Below, one piece after another: positions 28,604 through 38,873 of a stretch of DNA of 64,000 bases. Source of the DNA: Blautia sp. (GTDB taxonomy: Bacteria; Bacillota; Clostridia; Lachnospirales; Lachnospiraceae); contig JAETNR010000017.1 in assembly GCA_021772055.1 (NCBI GenBank), positions 4,386 through 68,385 on the forward strand, in the 5' to 3' direction. A program made the translations under genes and the position numbers. A model generated the notes under the pieces. That model did not search any database, had not been told where the DNA came from, and was given only the letters and a program-made list of their open reading frames with translations. How positions within the stretch are numbered: the first letter of the stretch is position 1; every line of letters starts with the position of its first letter.

Positions 28604-29629
28604 TTACCCTTTCCGCTGTCTATGGCGGAATCCTGCAATCCAATAAATTCCGTTCCAGAAATGCAGCCGTATCATCCACACCGTAATTCTTCTGGTAAGG
28701 CTGAACCTGCCGGCATTTCCTTTCAAAATCGCCTCGTGAAATAAAGGCATTTTATAAAGCGCCTGATAATCTGCGATCATCTGTTTTCTGTTTTTTTTCT
28801 GACCCGGGTGAAAGGAATAATTTACCGTGATAAGCAGAAAATGGTACAAAACACAGGTTTCATAAGCTTCTCCCAGCATCATCCCATACTCGCTTTTGCT
28901 GATTGTATGAAAAATACTGCTCATGGCTTTTTCATATTGTTCTACATAGTCTTTCCGAAATCCCCTGACTGCGGAATCCGGTGTCATCCGATAAATGTAC
29001 AGCGCCTTTGGAAGATAATGAATCCCACTTGCCTTTATGGCAAATCGCAGCACGAACTGTACATCCTCCCCCATCTGAAGTTTTTCTTCAAAATATAGCT
29101 GGTGTACAAGCAGACAAGCCCGCCGGAAAAGCTTTCCCCAACAAAATCCAAGCCCTGTCTGAGGATTCAAAAGATCCTCCAGAAGCTCCTTTTTCCTTTC
29201 CTGAAAGATCCAAAGCTCCTCTTTCTTATAGGAATGTTTCACACACTTTTTCGGATACTTCAGGAAATAATCCCCCATCACCAGGTCAGCCTCCTTCGAA
29301 GCCCCCAGAAGAAGCTGCTCTATGGCATCCTCCTTCAGGCAGTCATCTGCATCTGCAAAAAAGAGCCACTGCCCCTTTGCCGCGGCAATCCCTTCATTCC
29401 TTGCTTTGGAAACGCCTCCATGGACTTTCCCGAGAAGCTTCAGGCGCTGATCCTCAAACAGCGGATCTTTCAAAAGATCTTCATAAAGCTCCATCGTTCC
29501 GTCAAAAACCAGGAGTATTTCCAGCCGCTTCTCCGTCTGGGAAACCAGACTTCTGATACAGCTGAAAAACACCTGCCGCTCCACATGGAAGACAGGAACG
29601 ATCACGCTTACCAAACATTCTTTCGTCAA
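28604..29629 (-). CDS. Glycosyltransferase family 2
   Basis: VSVIVPV, GVSKARN, DADD, WGKLF, GED. Confidence 0.9.
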   Translation of the reverse strand: MTKECLVSVIVPVFHVERQVFFSCIRSLVSQTEKRLEILLVFDGTMELYEDLLKDPLFEDQRLKLLGKVHGGVSKARNEGIAAAKGQWLFFADADDCLKEDAIEQLLLGASKEADLVMGDYFLKYPKKCVKHSYKKEELWIFQERKKELLEDLLNPQTGLGFCWGKLFRRACLLVHQLYFEEKLQMGEDVQFVLRFAIKASGIHYLPKALYIYRMTPDSAVRGFRKDYVEQYEKAMSSIFHTISKSEYGMMLGEAYETCVLYHFLLITVNYSFHPGQKKNRKQMIADYQALYKMPLFHEAILKGNAGRFSLTRRITVWMIRLHFWNGIYWIAGFRHRQRKG

Positions 29630-29635
29630 ATTTCA

Positions 29636-30412
29636 TCACACACTTTTTTTATATTTTTTTCCAAACACCCTGGATATCATAAAGTAAAAAATCTTCGTTA
29701 ATGTCTTCTTTTTTTCTATGTAAACAATGGGCGCTTCTTTGTAGGCATACTGATTTTTTTCCAGCCACACATCAAGAAGCATCTCACTGATTCTTCCAAA
29801 AACTCTCGCCTGAAATTCATCGTAACCATGAACATCAATTCTTCTCTCCAGCTGCTCCAGAATATCAAACAGCCAGCAACAGTACTGGTCACATTTCTTT
29901 CTGGACATCACAAACATATTGTACATGTGCGCAGATCTTCGCTTCATTACTTTGTCAAAAGCCTCCAGGTACTCCGGATACAATTCTCCGATTACCCTTC
30001 TGGCAGCATCCAGATGCTCTCCATAGTGCGTATGGGCATAGTGTCTGTAAATGCTCTCGATATAATAATTTCTTTTTTTCGGAAGCAGGATATCTGCCTC
30101 CTGCATATAGTTCAGAATTTCCTGTTCTGTCAGGATCCTGTCAAATACATTCCTTCTGCAGAAACCTTTTTTTCCAAGATATCTTCGATAATGGACCACG
30201 CCAAGATAGTCGCTGTCCACGTTTTTCCATAACCAGTACAATCCGGTCAATTCACAATAATAAGGATTTTTTATGGAAATATTGTCACCCGTATCATCTC
30301 CCTGAAAACCTATGGATTTTTTCCCTGCCTTTCCCACATGCACGGGCAGATAGCAAGGTTCCTTCGGCATTCTGTATTTGATATGGGCAGCTACCATAAT
30401 CGTAATCTTCAT
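29636..30412 (-). CDS. DUF4422 family glycosyltransferase
   Basis: DDTGDNISxKNPYYCELTGLYW, HYRRY, NMFVM. Confidence 0.85.
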   Translation of the reverse strand: MKITIMVAAHIKYRMPKEPCYLPVHVGKAGKKSIGFQGDDTGDNISIKNPYYCELTGLYWLWKNVDSDYLGVVHYRRYLGKKGFCRRNVFDRILTEQEILNYMQEADILLPKKRNYYIESIYRHYAHTHYGEHLDAARRVIGELYPEYLEAFDKVMKRRSAHMYNMFVMSRKKCDQYCCWLFDILEQLERRIDVHGYDEFQARVFGRISEMLLDVWLEKNQYAYKEAPIVYIEKKKTLTKIFYFMISRVFGKKYKKSV

Positions 30413-30442
30413 AGATGATTCTCCCGTCTTTCCTGTGCAGCC

Positions 30443-31900
30443 TTATTTCCGCTGCTTTCTGATGCGTATCACTGCCTGCTTCCAAAGCTCCGTTACAAGC
30501 TCCTCTTTTAGGAGCAGCAGGCTCATCCCGTATACTCCAAAAAATAATCCTCCCGAAAGTATTACTGTCATCATATCACCAAGCCCCAGTGCAGGAACCC
30601 ACAGAGAAGCTGCCATCCCCAAAAGAAGGGCAGCCGTTATTTTCCCACAGGGCAGCTTTTTCAGAAGAGCAGCCGCCGTATTTCCAAGGAAAAACACCTG
30701 CACCAAAAATACCGCAATCTCCGCTGCCAGCGTACCGATGGCAGCACCCAGACAGCCAAAGCGAGGAATCAGGAAACAGTTCAAAACCAGGTTCACTGCC
30801 GCCCCTGCGATTTCCGACCGCAGCACCTGCCGCTCCCGTCCTAAGGGAACCATCATCTGGATTCCCATGACATTGGTCATCCCAATGAATACCAGCGCAG
30901 GCATCATCACCTGCATGGTCCTTACCGAAGGCGCAAAACCTTCTCCCGCCAGCAGCCGGACCGCAGCACCTGCAAACAAAAGAAAATACATGCTCAGGGG
31001 AATGGACAGTACCAGGATAAAGCGCAGCGCCCTCTTCCCCATTCTTTGAAATTCCTTTTCCCTGTGGCTGCTGATATAAAAGGACATTCTCGGCAAAAGA
31101 ACATTCCCCAGGGACACCACCACAGAAACCAGGATATTTTTTGTCTTCACTGCAACATCATAGTACCCGTTTTCCCCGCTTCCCCTCATGATTCCCAGCA
31201 TGGCGCTGTCCATATTGGTATAGATGGTAGTCGCCACAGACATTGCCATAAAAACAGAGATCATCCTGAAATGCCGCCGGAAATGGTACCCGCCCAAAGG
31301 CCGAAGATAAATATGCTTTCTCAGGTTCCAGAAGTTCAGCGTATTGGATCCCGCCAGGGCTAAAATGGTAATTCCCCCGTAAATCACATAATCCTCGCTG
31401 CTTCGCACCAGAAGAAACACTGCGCAAAGCCCCACTGCCTTAAAGAACAGGGTACAGCAGGTAATATAGCGGTATTTTTCCAGTCCCTTATAAAGCCAGT
31501 CCACACCAATGGTGTTAAAAAAGAGAACCGAGCTCATGACCAGAAACAGTTCCTTTTCCTGGCGGAACTTCGGGTATACAGCCAAAGCTCCGAAAAATGC
31601 CCCGTACGTGATCCCGCAGGTAATCAGATTGATCAGCAGGATCTCCTGAACGACCCTGGACAATTCCTCCTTATCTCCCCGCACTTCTGCACATGCCTTA
31701 ATTCCGTAAGTGGGAATTCCAAGCTGGGCAAAAATACCAAAAAAAGAAACAATACTGTTGGCAAAGGAAACCGCACCGATTCCGTTTTCTCCCAGTGTTC
31801 TGGCTGCATAAGGGTAGATCAGCAGCGGAAAGACCATGCCCGATACGGTATAAATCATATTCATCGCGTAGTTAAACCGAATGGATGTCTCCTGCTTCAT
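30443..31900 (-). CDS. wzx: Wzx flippase
   Basis: PYAARTLG, LGIPTYG and VLLPRMS motifs; about 12-14 TM segments. Confidence 0.9.
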   Translation of the reverse strand: MKQETSIRFNYAMNMIYTVSGMVFPLLIYPYAARTLGENGIGAVSFANSIVSFFGIFAQLGIPTYGIKACAEVRGDKEELSRVVQEILLINLITCGITYGAFFGALAVYPKFRQEKELFLVMSSVLFFNTIGVDWLYKGLEKYRYITCCTLFFKAVGLCAVFLLVRSSEDYVIYGGITILALAGSNTLNFWNLRKHIYLRPLGGYHFRRHFRMISVFMAMSVATTIYTNMDSAMLGIMRGSGENGYYDVAVKTKNILVSVVVSLGNVLLPRMSFYISSHREKEFQRMGKRALRFILVLSIPLSMYFLLFAGAAVRLLAGEGFAPSVRTMQVMMPALVFIGMTNVMGIQMMVPLGRERQVLRSEIAGAAVNLVLNCFLIPRFGCLGAAIGTLAAEIAVFLVQVFFLGNTAAALLKKLPCGKITAALLLGMAASLWVPALGLGDMMTVILSGGLFFGVYGMSLLLLKEELVTELWKQAVIRIRKQRK

Positions 31901-31915
31901 TTCTCAAACAGCCCC

Positions 31916-32254
31916 TTACATTACCGAAATCAGAATTCCCAAAATAATCACTACATTCCCCCACAGCTTTTTTGCCGTGATCTTTTCATGAAGAAACAGC
32001 CTTCCCAGAATCAGCACAAACACATAGCTGCTTGCATTGATCACCGGGCCGAAGCGGTACTCCATTCCCTGATAGGCCCACATATTCATCAGAAGGCTGA
32101 GAAGCAGCAGGGCATACCCTGTTATCACATAGCCGTTCACATACTCTCCCAGAATTCCCCTGTGCTCTTTCCCTGCGCTTTTTTTCAGGAATATCTGGGA
32201 AACCGCAGCCAGAAATGCTGCACCGGTCATCAGCAAAACACCTTTTTCATTCAT
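31916..32254 (-). CDS. Small EamA/SMR-like membrane protein (ArnE/ArnF-like)
   Basis: 112 aa, about 4 TM, SQIFLKK and LHEKIT motifs. Confidence 0.75.
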   Translation of the reverse strand: MNEKGVLLMTGAAFLAAVSQIFLKKSAGKEHRGILGEYVNGYVITGYALLLLSLLMNMWAYQGMEYRFGPVINASSYVFVLILGRLFLHEKITAKKLWGNVVIILGILISVM

Positions 32255-32618
32255 TGTCCGTCACCATCAGGACTCCCGCGCAGATTACCAGAAGCCCAGC
32301 CACATTTTTGAAAGTTACCTGTTCTCCAAAGAAAAAAGCCGACCACACCAAAGTCCACAATAGCCCTGCTGCCTTGTTGGCATAGGCTACGGACAGTTCC
32401 ACCTTCTTCAGGATCTTCTGCCAGAAAAAAGCATAAACGGCAAGTGCCAGGAAAAATCCTGTCAGCCCCAGAAGTACCTGGCCGGAAAAAAATCCATACT
32501 TCCTGATTTCCATGGAAACACACTTAGACAGCATGCTGATCAGTGAGTAAACAAACACGATCAGCTGCAGGGCAGCCAGTTCCTTCCATTTAATCCTTGT
32601 CTTTTTTCTTTCCTTCAT
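32247..32618 (-). CDS. Small EamA/SMR-like membrane protein (ArnE/ArnF-like partner)
   Basis: YAFFWQKILKKVELSVAYANK and FGEQVT motifs. Start reassigned to MKERKK. Confidence 0.75.
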   Translation of the reverse strand: MKERKKTRIKWKELAALQLIVFVYSLISMLSKCVSMEIRKYGFFSGQVLLGLTGFFLALAVYAFFWQKILKKVELSVAYANKAAGLLWTLVWSAFFFGEQVTFKNVAGLLVICAGVLMVTDNE

Positions 32619-33540
32619 ATCCTGTGATCTCCTTAACAACGTATTGCGGCGTTTCATTGATACACATGTAGATCCTTCCAATGTATTCCCCGATCAGCCC
32701 CATAAAGATCAGAATCAGTCCCCCCACCAGCAAAATGACAGCCATGGTGGAACTCCAGCCTGCCAGGATCCCGGGAACAGTGATCTTCCGGATAATGGTG
32801 ATGACCGCAGTGAGAAATCCGAGAAACGCGAGCAATAGTCCCGTTCCCGTGGCGATCCGGAGGGGTTTTATGGAAAAGGCAGTAAAACCGTTCATCCAAA
32901 GCCTGAGAAGCTTTTTCAGGGTATAGCCGGAACTTCCGCTGTTTCTGCTTCTCTGCTCCACGTCCAGATTTCCCACGTTCTGGGTGATCCTCAGAATGAT
33001 CCCGGAAATATAAGGATAGGGCTGGCGGTATTTGATCATCTCCTCCGCAATGTATCGTCTTGCCATAAAAAATGCCGCCATGTACGTTCCCTTCGGCTTC
33101 TGGATCAGCCAGTCCGACATTCCTCGGTTCAGGGCGGAACCCATCCTTCGGAAAAGGGAGGGCTGTTCCCGCTCCGTGTATCTGGCGCAAACCACATCGT
33201 AGCCTTTTTCGATTTCCGAGAGAAAATCAAATACTCTTCCTACCGGAGTCTGTCTGTCATCATCCGAAGTCATGATATAGTCCCCGGAAACATAGTGAAG
33301 CCCTGCAAGCAAGGCCCCCGGCTGTCCCACATTTTTGGCGAGATCCACGGCAATGAGATGCCGGTCTTCTTCTGCCAGACGTTTGATCAGCCCTGCAGTG
33401 CCGTCACGAGAGCAATCATTTACCAATACCACCTCATACTCCGTTTCCGGATGAGGTTCCATGGCCTCTTTGATCTCCCTTAACACGCTTTCAATATTTC
33501 CCGCGGAATTATAGCATGGTATCACAAATGAGATCTTCAT
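32590..33540 (-). CDS. Polyprenyl-phosphate glycosyltransferase (ArnC/GtrB-like GT2)
   Basis: ISFVIPCYN, NDCSRD, DDD, two C-terminal TM helices, GLIGEYIGRIY. Confidence 0.9.
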   Translation of the reverse strand: MKISFVIPCYNSAGNIESVLREIKEAMEPHPETEYEVVLVNDCSRDGTAGLIKRLAEEDRHLIAVDLAKNVGQPGALLAGLHYVSGDYIMTSDDDRQTPVGRVFDFLSEIEKGYDVVCARYTEREQPSLFRRMGSALNRGMSDWLIQKPKGTYMAAFFMARRYIAEEMIKYRQPYPYISGIILRITQNVGNLDVEQRSRNSGSSGYTLKKLLRLWMNGFTAFSIKPLRIATGTGLLLAFLGFLTAVITIIRKITVPGILAGWSSTMAVILLVGGLILIFMGLIGEYIGRIYMCINETPQYVVKEITGYEGKKKDKD

Positions 33541-33559
33541 CCTTTGTTTTTCCTCTTTT

Positions 33560-34267
33560 CTATAAAAAGTCAAAGCCTGTCTTTCCTGGCAGTTCATAGC
33601 TTCTGTAGGGTACGATCACTTTGTTCGGGGCAACGGATTTTGAAACATAAGATCCCGCTCCCACAAACACATAATCCGAAAGCTCCGTCCTGTTTTTGAT
33701 ACAGACATTATTTCCCACAAAGCAGTGATTTCCTATTTTGCTGTACCCGGACAGGCTGACAGAGGGAGCCAGGTTGTTAAAGTTCCCCACATGGTTATGA
33801 TGGGGCAGTACCACATTCTGCCAGATAATATTCCCTTCCCCAATGATGCAGTGGGCCTCAATAGAAGAATTGGCCAGAATGATATTGCCCTCCCCGATCT
33901 GTTCTGTATCAATGCTCACGGTAGGATCGATCACATTGGGAATGTCATACCCCATCTGCTTCACCTGCCGGAAAATTTCTTCCCGCTGGTTAAACATCTG
34001 CTTTCCGATCGTACCGATGACCACCTCGTATTCCTCTTTTGGGTACCTTTCCTCCAGGCGTTCAAACGCCTCCACCGGTCTTCCCCTGTAGGACGCGGAG
34101 TGTACTTCCTCCCTCCCGGCAAACTCACTGTAATTCTGATAACATGCATTGGAAAGGTATTTCCCATGAATAGTATAGGCTTCCACTTTGCATCCCATTT
34201 TTTCTGTCAGCACATAAGAAACCACATCTGCAAAATGGCCGGTCCCGAATATCAGCAGTTTCTTCAT
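33560..34267 (-). CDS. Sugar N/O-acyltransferase (NeuD/PglD-like hexapeptide family)
   Basis: LLIFGTGHFA Rossmann-like start and hexapeptide repeats. The ATG at 34267 overlaps the upstream stop. Confidence 0.8.
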   Translation of the reverse strand: MKKLLIFGTGHFADVVSYVLTEKMGCKVEAYTIHGKYLSNACYQNYSEFAGREEVHSASYRGRPVEAFERLEERYPKEEYEVVIGTIGKQMFNQREEIFRQVKQMGYDIPNVIDPTVSIDTEQIGEGNIILANSSIEAHCIIGEGNIIWQNVVLPHHNHVGNFNNLAPSVSLSGYSKIGNHCFVGNNVCIKNRTELSDYVFVGAGSYVSKSVAPNKVIVPYRSYELPGKTGFDFL

Positions 34268-35259
34268 TTCCATCCCTCCAACAAGTCTTTTACCCTTTGT
34301 GCAAGATAGTCCATATCTTCCTCTCCGTAACGCTGATCTACAGGAAGAAATACCGTGTTTTCTGACAAATGATATTCTCTTCTTCCTGCATAGGCGGGGC
34401 TTATAAGCTCTCTCCACAGGGTAGGCACATAGATTTTCTCCGCTACCAGGGCAGCTTTCAGACGTTTCCCGTTCTTTACTGCATCTTTCGGTAAAAAAGG
34501 ATATAGATAAGCAGGAAACACTTTGTCCTCTATATCCAGTTCGTTATATTCCTTTAAGCGCTTATGAATACGCTGAAAATTCTCTTCTCTTTGCTTTCGT
34601 ATCTTTTCATAATCCACAGAAGAGAGAATGCCTCTGGTGATCTTTGACATTCCCTTGTAATTTCCCAGGAAATAGCGGTCGCATTCCATTTTTTCCTGAT
34701 AGGCTGCATTGCATCCCTGCTCCAGGCTTGTAACCAGATAGGAAAAATGTCCGCTTACCTCATCTGCTTCCAGCTCCCCGGCGCAGTTTCTGCCGACCAG
34801 ATAGCCCCCGTCAGGAACTCCCACAAATTTCCTGCAGGAGTAAATATTAAAAACCCTGTCCCGCAGTACCGGTTCTGCAAAAAATCCGTGAGAATGGTCC
34901 AGAAACACGGTCCTGTATTTTTCTCCTTCTTTTTTTACCTGTTCTTCCATGATTCCGAAATAATTCACCAGAAGGACTCCCGCATCCGGCTCCACATCCG
35001 GAAGCTTCGGCAAAAGCCCGCTGTTCAGATAATAAGATTCCATCCGGATGCCTGTGCTTTTCAGCATCTCCTTTACGCTTCTGCACAGATAATGGGGCAG
35101 GTAGAGTTTGGAAATATGGCTGCTTCTGACAGCAAAATAAAGAGCTGCCTTTGCAGAATTTGTCCGCAGAATGTTGTTTTCCCCGTATCCGGAAAACCAG
35201 TCCTCACCCTCCGGCAATTCCAGCGGCAGATATCCACCGTATTCTCCTTTCCGTGTCAT
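34264..35259 (-). CDS. Divergent DegT-like PLP-dependent protein
   Basis: YGGY, LVNYFG, DHSHGF, YSCRKFVGVPDGG, FLPVDQRY. Confidence 0.7.
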   Translation of the reverse strand: MTRKGEYGGYLPLELPEGEDWFSGYGENNILRTNSAKAALYFAVRSSHISKLYLPHYLCRSVKEMLKSTGIRMESYYLNSGLLPKLPDVEPDAGVLLVNYFGIMEEQVKKEGEKYRTVFLDHSHGFFAEPVLRDRVFNIYSCRKFVGVPDGGYLVGRNCAGELEADEVSGHFSYLVTSLEQGCNAAYQEKMECDRYFLGNYKGMSKITRGILSSVDYEKIRKQREENFQRIHKRLKEYNELDIEDKVFPAYLYPFLPKDAVKNGKRLKAALVAEKIYVPTLWRELISPAYAGRREYHLSENTVFLPVDQRYGEEDMDYLAQRVKDLLEGWK

Positions 35260-35262
35260 TTT

Positions 35263-36324
35263 TCAAGCCCCCTTTCCCGCAGGAAAACGCTTCGTGATCT
35301 TTAAGATTCCCAATATCCCTTCCAGCCATTTCAAAAATACGGCAGCAGCATAGGTCACTGCAAAAAGCCGTGCCAGAACCGCCCAGCAGGAAAGAGACTG
35401 ATAAATAAACTTTCCGAAATATTTTAAAAACACCCCATGCAGGAGATACATCTCAAAGGAATAGCTTCCGATCCGTTCCAGCACGCCTGTTTTTACCGGA
35501 TTGAAACAGCTCCCCAGTTCGCTGACCAATAAAATCAGCAGCAGCGCAGGCAGCCAGTCAAAATAATATTCCGTCCGGATCTCTGCCAGAACTGTCTGGC
35601 GCAGCACGCACAGAATGCCAATGCCCAGGCAGTACCCGGATACTCTCAGCCATTTTTTTGCTTTCCCTTTTTGAGAACTTTTCAACAAACGCTCGATCAC
35701 ATCCCGTTCCGCAAAAATCATCCCGAATACAAAAAAGGTGCCGTATACAGCCGCACTGTTTACTTTCTGCGGCAGAAAAACAGCTTCCATCAGTACAGCC
35801 ATCAAAATATAATTTTTCTCCTTCAGCCTTTGGACGATCCGAAAACAGAAGGGAAACAAAGCGTAATAAAGCAGCGTAGCAGTTACATACCACCAGGAAT
35901 TCACAAATTTGGGAGTTCCGGTAAGATAGGAAAGCGCCATTCCATCCAGGAAAAAGGCGCGAACCGGATTTTCCCCGTAGATTTCCCTGAAGTTTCCTTT
36001 GAGCAAAACAACACTTCCTATGGATATCCCGGCAGCCAGCCAAAAGACAGCATAAATCTTCCAAATATGTACCAGGGAAAATCGCCATATGCTCTTTTCT
36101 CTTCCCTCTCTCTCCCTTTTTACATAGGAAAGATACATCCCGTAGCCGCTTAAGACTGCATAAATGGCTACGCAGATTTTCGACAGGGAAATGCTCTGCT
36201 GCACCACGCCCTCAAAAGCGCCAAGGACCTCCCCCGGAATGGGCGGCAGGCTGTGATGCACCAGGAGCATCAGCACGGCAATTCCTTTTAAAATGTTTGT
36301 CTGTCTTACTGTAAAGCTCTTCAT
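35263..36324 (-). CDS. Acyltransferase family 3 membrane protein
   Basis: LKGIAVLMLLVHH, LSGYG, WWYV, SFEMYLLH. Confidence 0.85.
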   Translation of the reverse strand: MKSFTVRQTNILKGIAVLMLLVHHSLPPIPGEVLGAFEGVVQQSISLSKICVAIYAVLSGYGMYLSYVKREREGREKSIWRFSLVHIWKIYAVFWLAAGISIGSVVLLKGNFREIYGENPVRAFFLDGMALSYLTGTPKFVNSWWYVTATLLYYALFPFCFRIVQRLKEKNYILMAVLMEAVFLPQKVNSAAVYGTFFVFGMIFAERDVIERLLKSSQKGKAKKWLRVSGYCLGIGILCVLRQTVLAEIRTEYYFDWLPALLLILLVSELGSCFNPVKTGVLERIGSYSFEMYLLHGVFLKYFGKFIYQSLSCWAVLARLFAVTYAAAVFLKWLEGILGILKITKRFPAGKGA

Positions 36325-36337
36325 TCTGCTCCTTTTT

Positions 36338-38215
36338 CTACCATCCGAAAATGATGTTTTCCATCCCCTTGGTATCCTTGGTAAGGTTGGGGATCATCAC
36401 CGCATAGTAATCATTCATATACTGGATTCCATAATCATGCTCTTTTAAGAATTCCAGAAAACGCTGTTTTTTTCCGCTGAAAAGATTTGCGGTAATGCTC
36501 TGCTGGTTCTGCAAAAGCCTTTCCTCCTCAAATCCATCTGCATAATTCGTTCTGCAGTAAAGAACTAGCGGGAGGGTATCTTCATATTCTTTTCCCGCCT
36601 TTTCAAGGTCGTCCCCGAAGCTCTCCGAAGAATAGCTAAGCTGTGTGACCCATGGTTTTCCATAAGCTTCTCTCTCTGTCATGTAGTAAAAAAGCAGGGA
36701 ATTTCCAAAAACCATCAGAGGCTGTTCTTCCTCATAATCCTCAAGAATGTTCAGTACTCCGTTAATAGCATCCGCCTCCCGTCTGGTGGTAAGGATTCCT
36801 CTCACTTTGCGGTTCTCCACCACAGCAGTCAGCTTTGTCCTGTCCGTGCAGTCATAATTGAAAGTGTAATAAACCATGTGCCCGAATTTCAGGAAAAACA
36901 TCACAAAAGCCAGAGCCACAGCGCCTTTGAAAGCAAGGGAATGAAAAGGAAGTCCGGCTCTTTCCAGAAGTTTTCCCAAAAGCTCCTTTATTTTACGGGA
37001 GCAAGCCATCCTTTTCACTGTGTCAATACAGACAGGTGCCATTAGCCACATGGCCATAGTCGCATGCTTTGTTCCTGTATTGGAGCCAGCAGTGGTAAGA
37101 ATGATCAGCATACAGGAGGAAATCACCAGAATGGTCATTCTTCCGGAATGCTCGTCCTTTTTAAACGCATGGGCCAGAAAGCAGAGAAAGGCAGTCACAT
37201 ACAGGACCCCCAGCAAAAATCTCGGGCCTGTGGTCATCTGCGGCCAATTTTCTGCGGGATTTACACCATAGGAAAAATACATCTGATAAAGCCCGACACC
37301 AGTGACGAAGGCTCCAAGCAGGATGCAGACAAACTTTTTCATCCTGGTTTCCCATTTTGCCGCAAGGATGTGAAGCCCGCAGATGATAAGCCCCAGTGCC
37401 CCGTAAAAGAGAATTCCGGAGGCGATCACCTTCAGATTGTCCCCGATCAGAGATTTCAGAAGATTACGAAATCCATAGGAGGTGCTGTTATCTGAAGCGA
37501 TTTCCCCAAGCCGGAAAATATTGGCAATAAAATCATCCAGTTTTCCGGTTCCCAGAAGAGCAAGAATGCCGGCCAGGCCGCCTGCCCCCGCTCCCAGACC
37601 AAAGGAGAGAATCTGCTTTCCTGCCTCTTTCAAGGAGCGGCAGTACATTGCCCCATAGTAGACATACAGTCCCAAAGTCACCGCAGCAGAAACGCTTCCC
37701 ACCCTGGAAAATACCAGCAGAATGTACAAAACGCCTGCCCAGAAGCTGCATTTCATTTTCCCCTCTGTCATAGCCTTATATTCCAGACAGAGAATGGCGG
37801 TGAGCAGGAAGGCGTTCCACTGATGATAATTAAAAATATTCAAATAGGTATCTGCGCAGATCACTGCAAAAAGGGAACCGGCAAGAACCGTCAGCTCCCC
37901 AAGCTCCCTGCGGAGAGTCCGGTAGACCAGAAATACAAGGCCCCATTCCAGAAAGACCTCCAGCAGATTAAATGCGATCAGCCCAAGGCCTCCAAAAATC
38001 TGGTTCCATAAAAAGCCGATCACCGTTGAGAAATAAGTGGTGTAATTGATCTTATCCGGATGGCTTAAAAGATGGGTATAGGCATAAAGATGATAGCCGG
38101 TATCCCCGAGATCCAGCCCCAGAAATGCCCCAGCAAGGGGATACAGGACGATCAGGGCAATCAGCAGTCTCTTGATTCCTTTTCGGCTAAGCTTCCGTCT
38201 TTTTGCCGGATTCAT
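36338..38215 (-). CDS. Multi-pass membrane protein, possible GT-C-type transferase
   Basis: GLDLGDTGY after the first TM; many TM helices; ATGA coupling to the upstream gene. Confidence 0.55.
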   Translation of the reverse strand: MNPAKRRKLSRKGIKRLLIALIVLYPLAGAFLGLDLGDTGYHLYAYTHLLSHPDKINYTTYFSTVIGFLWNQIFGGLGLIAFNLLEVFLEWGLVFLVYRTLRRELGELTVLAGSLFAVICADTYLNIFNYHQWNAFLLTAILCLEYKAMTEGKMKCSFWAGVLYILLVFSRVGSVSAAVTLGLYVYYGAMYCRSLKEAGKQILSFGLGAGAGGLAGILALLGTGKLDDFIANIFRLGEIASDNSTSYGFRNLLKSLIGDNLKVIASGILFYGALGLIICGLHILAAKWETRMKKFVCILLGAFVTGVGLYQMYFSYGVNPAENWPQMTTGPRFLLGVLYVTAFLCFLAHAFKKDEHSGRMTILVISSCMLIILTTAGSNTGTKHATMAMWLMAPVCIDTVKRMACSRKIKELLGKLLERAGLPFHSLAFKGAVALAFVMFFLKFGHMVYYTFNYDCTDRTKLTAVVENRKVRGILTTRREADAINGVLNILEDYEEEQPLMVFGNSLLFYYMTEREAYGKPWVTQLSYSSESFGDDLEKAGKEYEDTLPLVLYCRTNYADGFEEERLLQNQQSITANLFSGKKQRFLEFLKEHDYGIQYMNDYYAVMIPNLTKDTKGMENIIFGW

Positions 38216-38871
38216 GGTCTGTCTCCTGTATGTAAATACTTTTTCAGGCAAACAATATCATAGGTATCCCATTTTCTCCGGTCCAGACAGTCAAACCACA
38301 CATCTTCCTGGTTTTCAATGTCGATGAGCTTCTGATAAAACGCCTCTGTATGCAGCTCTTTTGGTACGATCACCACACCGCTGTCGTCGCATACGGCAAT
38401 ACTTCCATTGTATTTTTCGTAATGTTCCCGGAAGGTCTCTTCATCCAGCCTTGCGTTTTCTTCTCTGTTAAAGCATCCGATGGGGGAAAATCCCCTGCAC
38501 CATATGGCAAAGCGCTCTTTCAGCAAACCGTTTGCATCACGCATATTTTCATTGGTAATAATGGCCTCCGCCTGCCTGTATAACAAAATATACTTGGAGA
38601 CAAGTTCTCCGATGAGCGCTCTGTCATTGCAGCCAAAGCCCTCCATCATCACAATTTCCCCGGGGCAGACATCCCTGGCCATTTCGTGGATCATCCAGTT
38701 GGATTCATTGCATCCGTAAATCCAGCGAACCACACCTACTTTATAGTTTCCAGGTAAAATAGACTTGGCATTTTCAAACAATCCGCTTTTTCCCAGGCAG
38801 TCTGCCACCTCGGTTGTGGAAATGCGGTTTGTTTTCATCTGTCTAATAATTTTATCTGTAATTTCTTTCAT
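38212..38871 (-). CDS. RraA/HMG-aldolase family protein
   Basis: STTEVADCL, ALIGELV, MRD, CDDSGVVIVP. Confidence 0.75.
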   Translation of the reverse strand: MKEITDKIIRQMKTNRISTTEVADCLGKSGLFENAKSILPGNYKVGVVRWIYGCNESNWMIHEMARDVCPGEIVMMEGFGCNDRALIGELVSKYILLYRQAEAIITNENMRDANGLLKERFAIWCRGFSPIGCFNREENARLDEETFREHYEKYNGSIAVCDDSGVVIVPKELHTEAFYQKLIDIENQEDVWFDCLDRRKWDTYDIVCLKKYLHTGDRP

Positions 38872-38873
38872 CC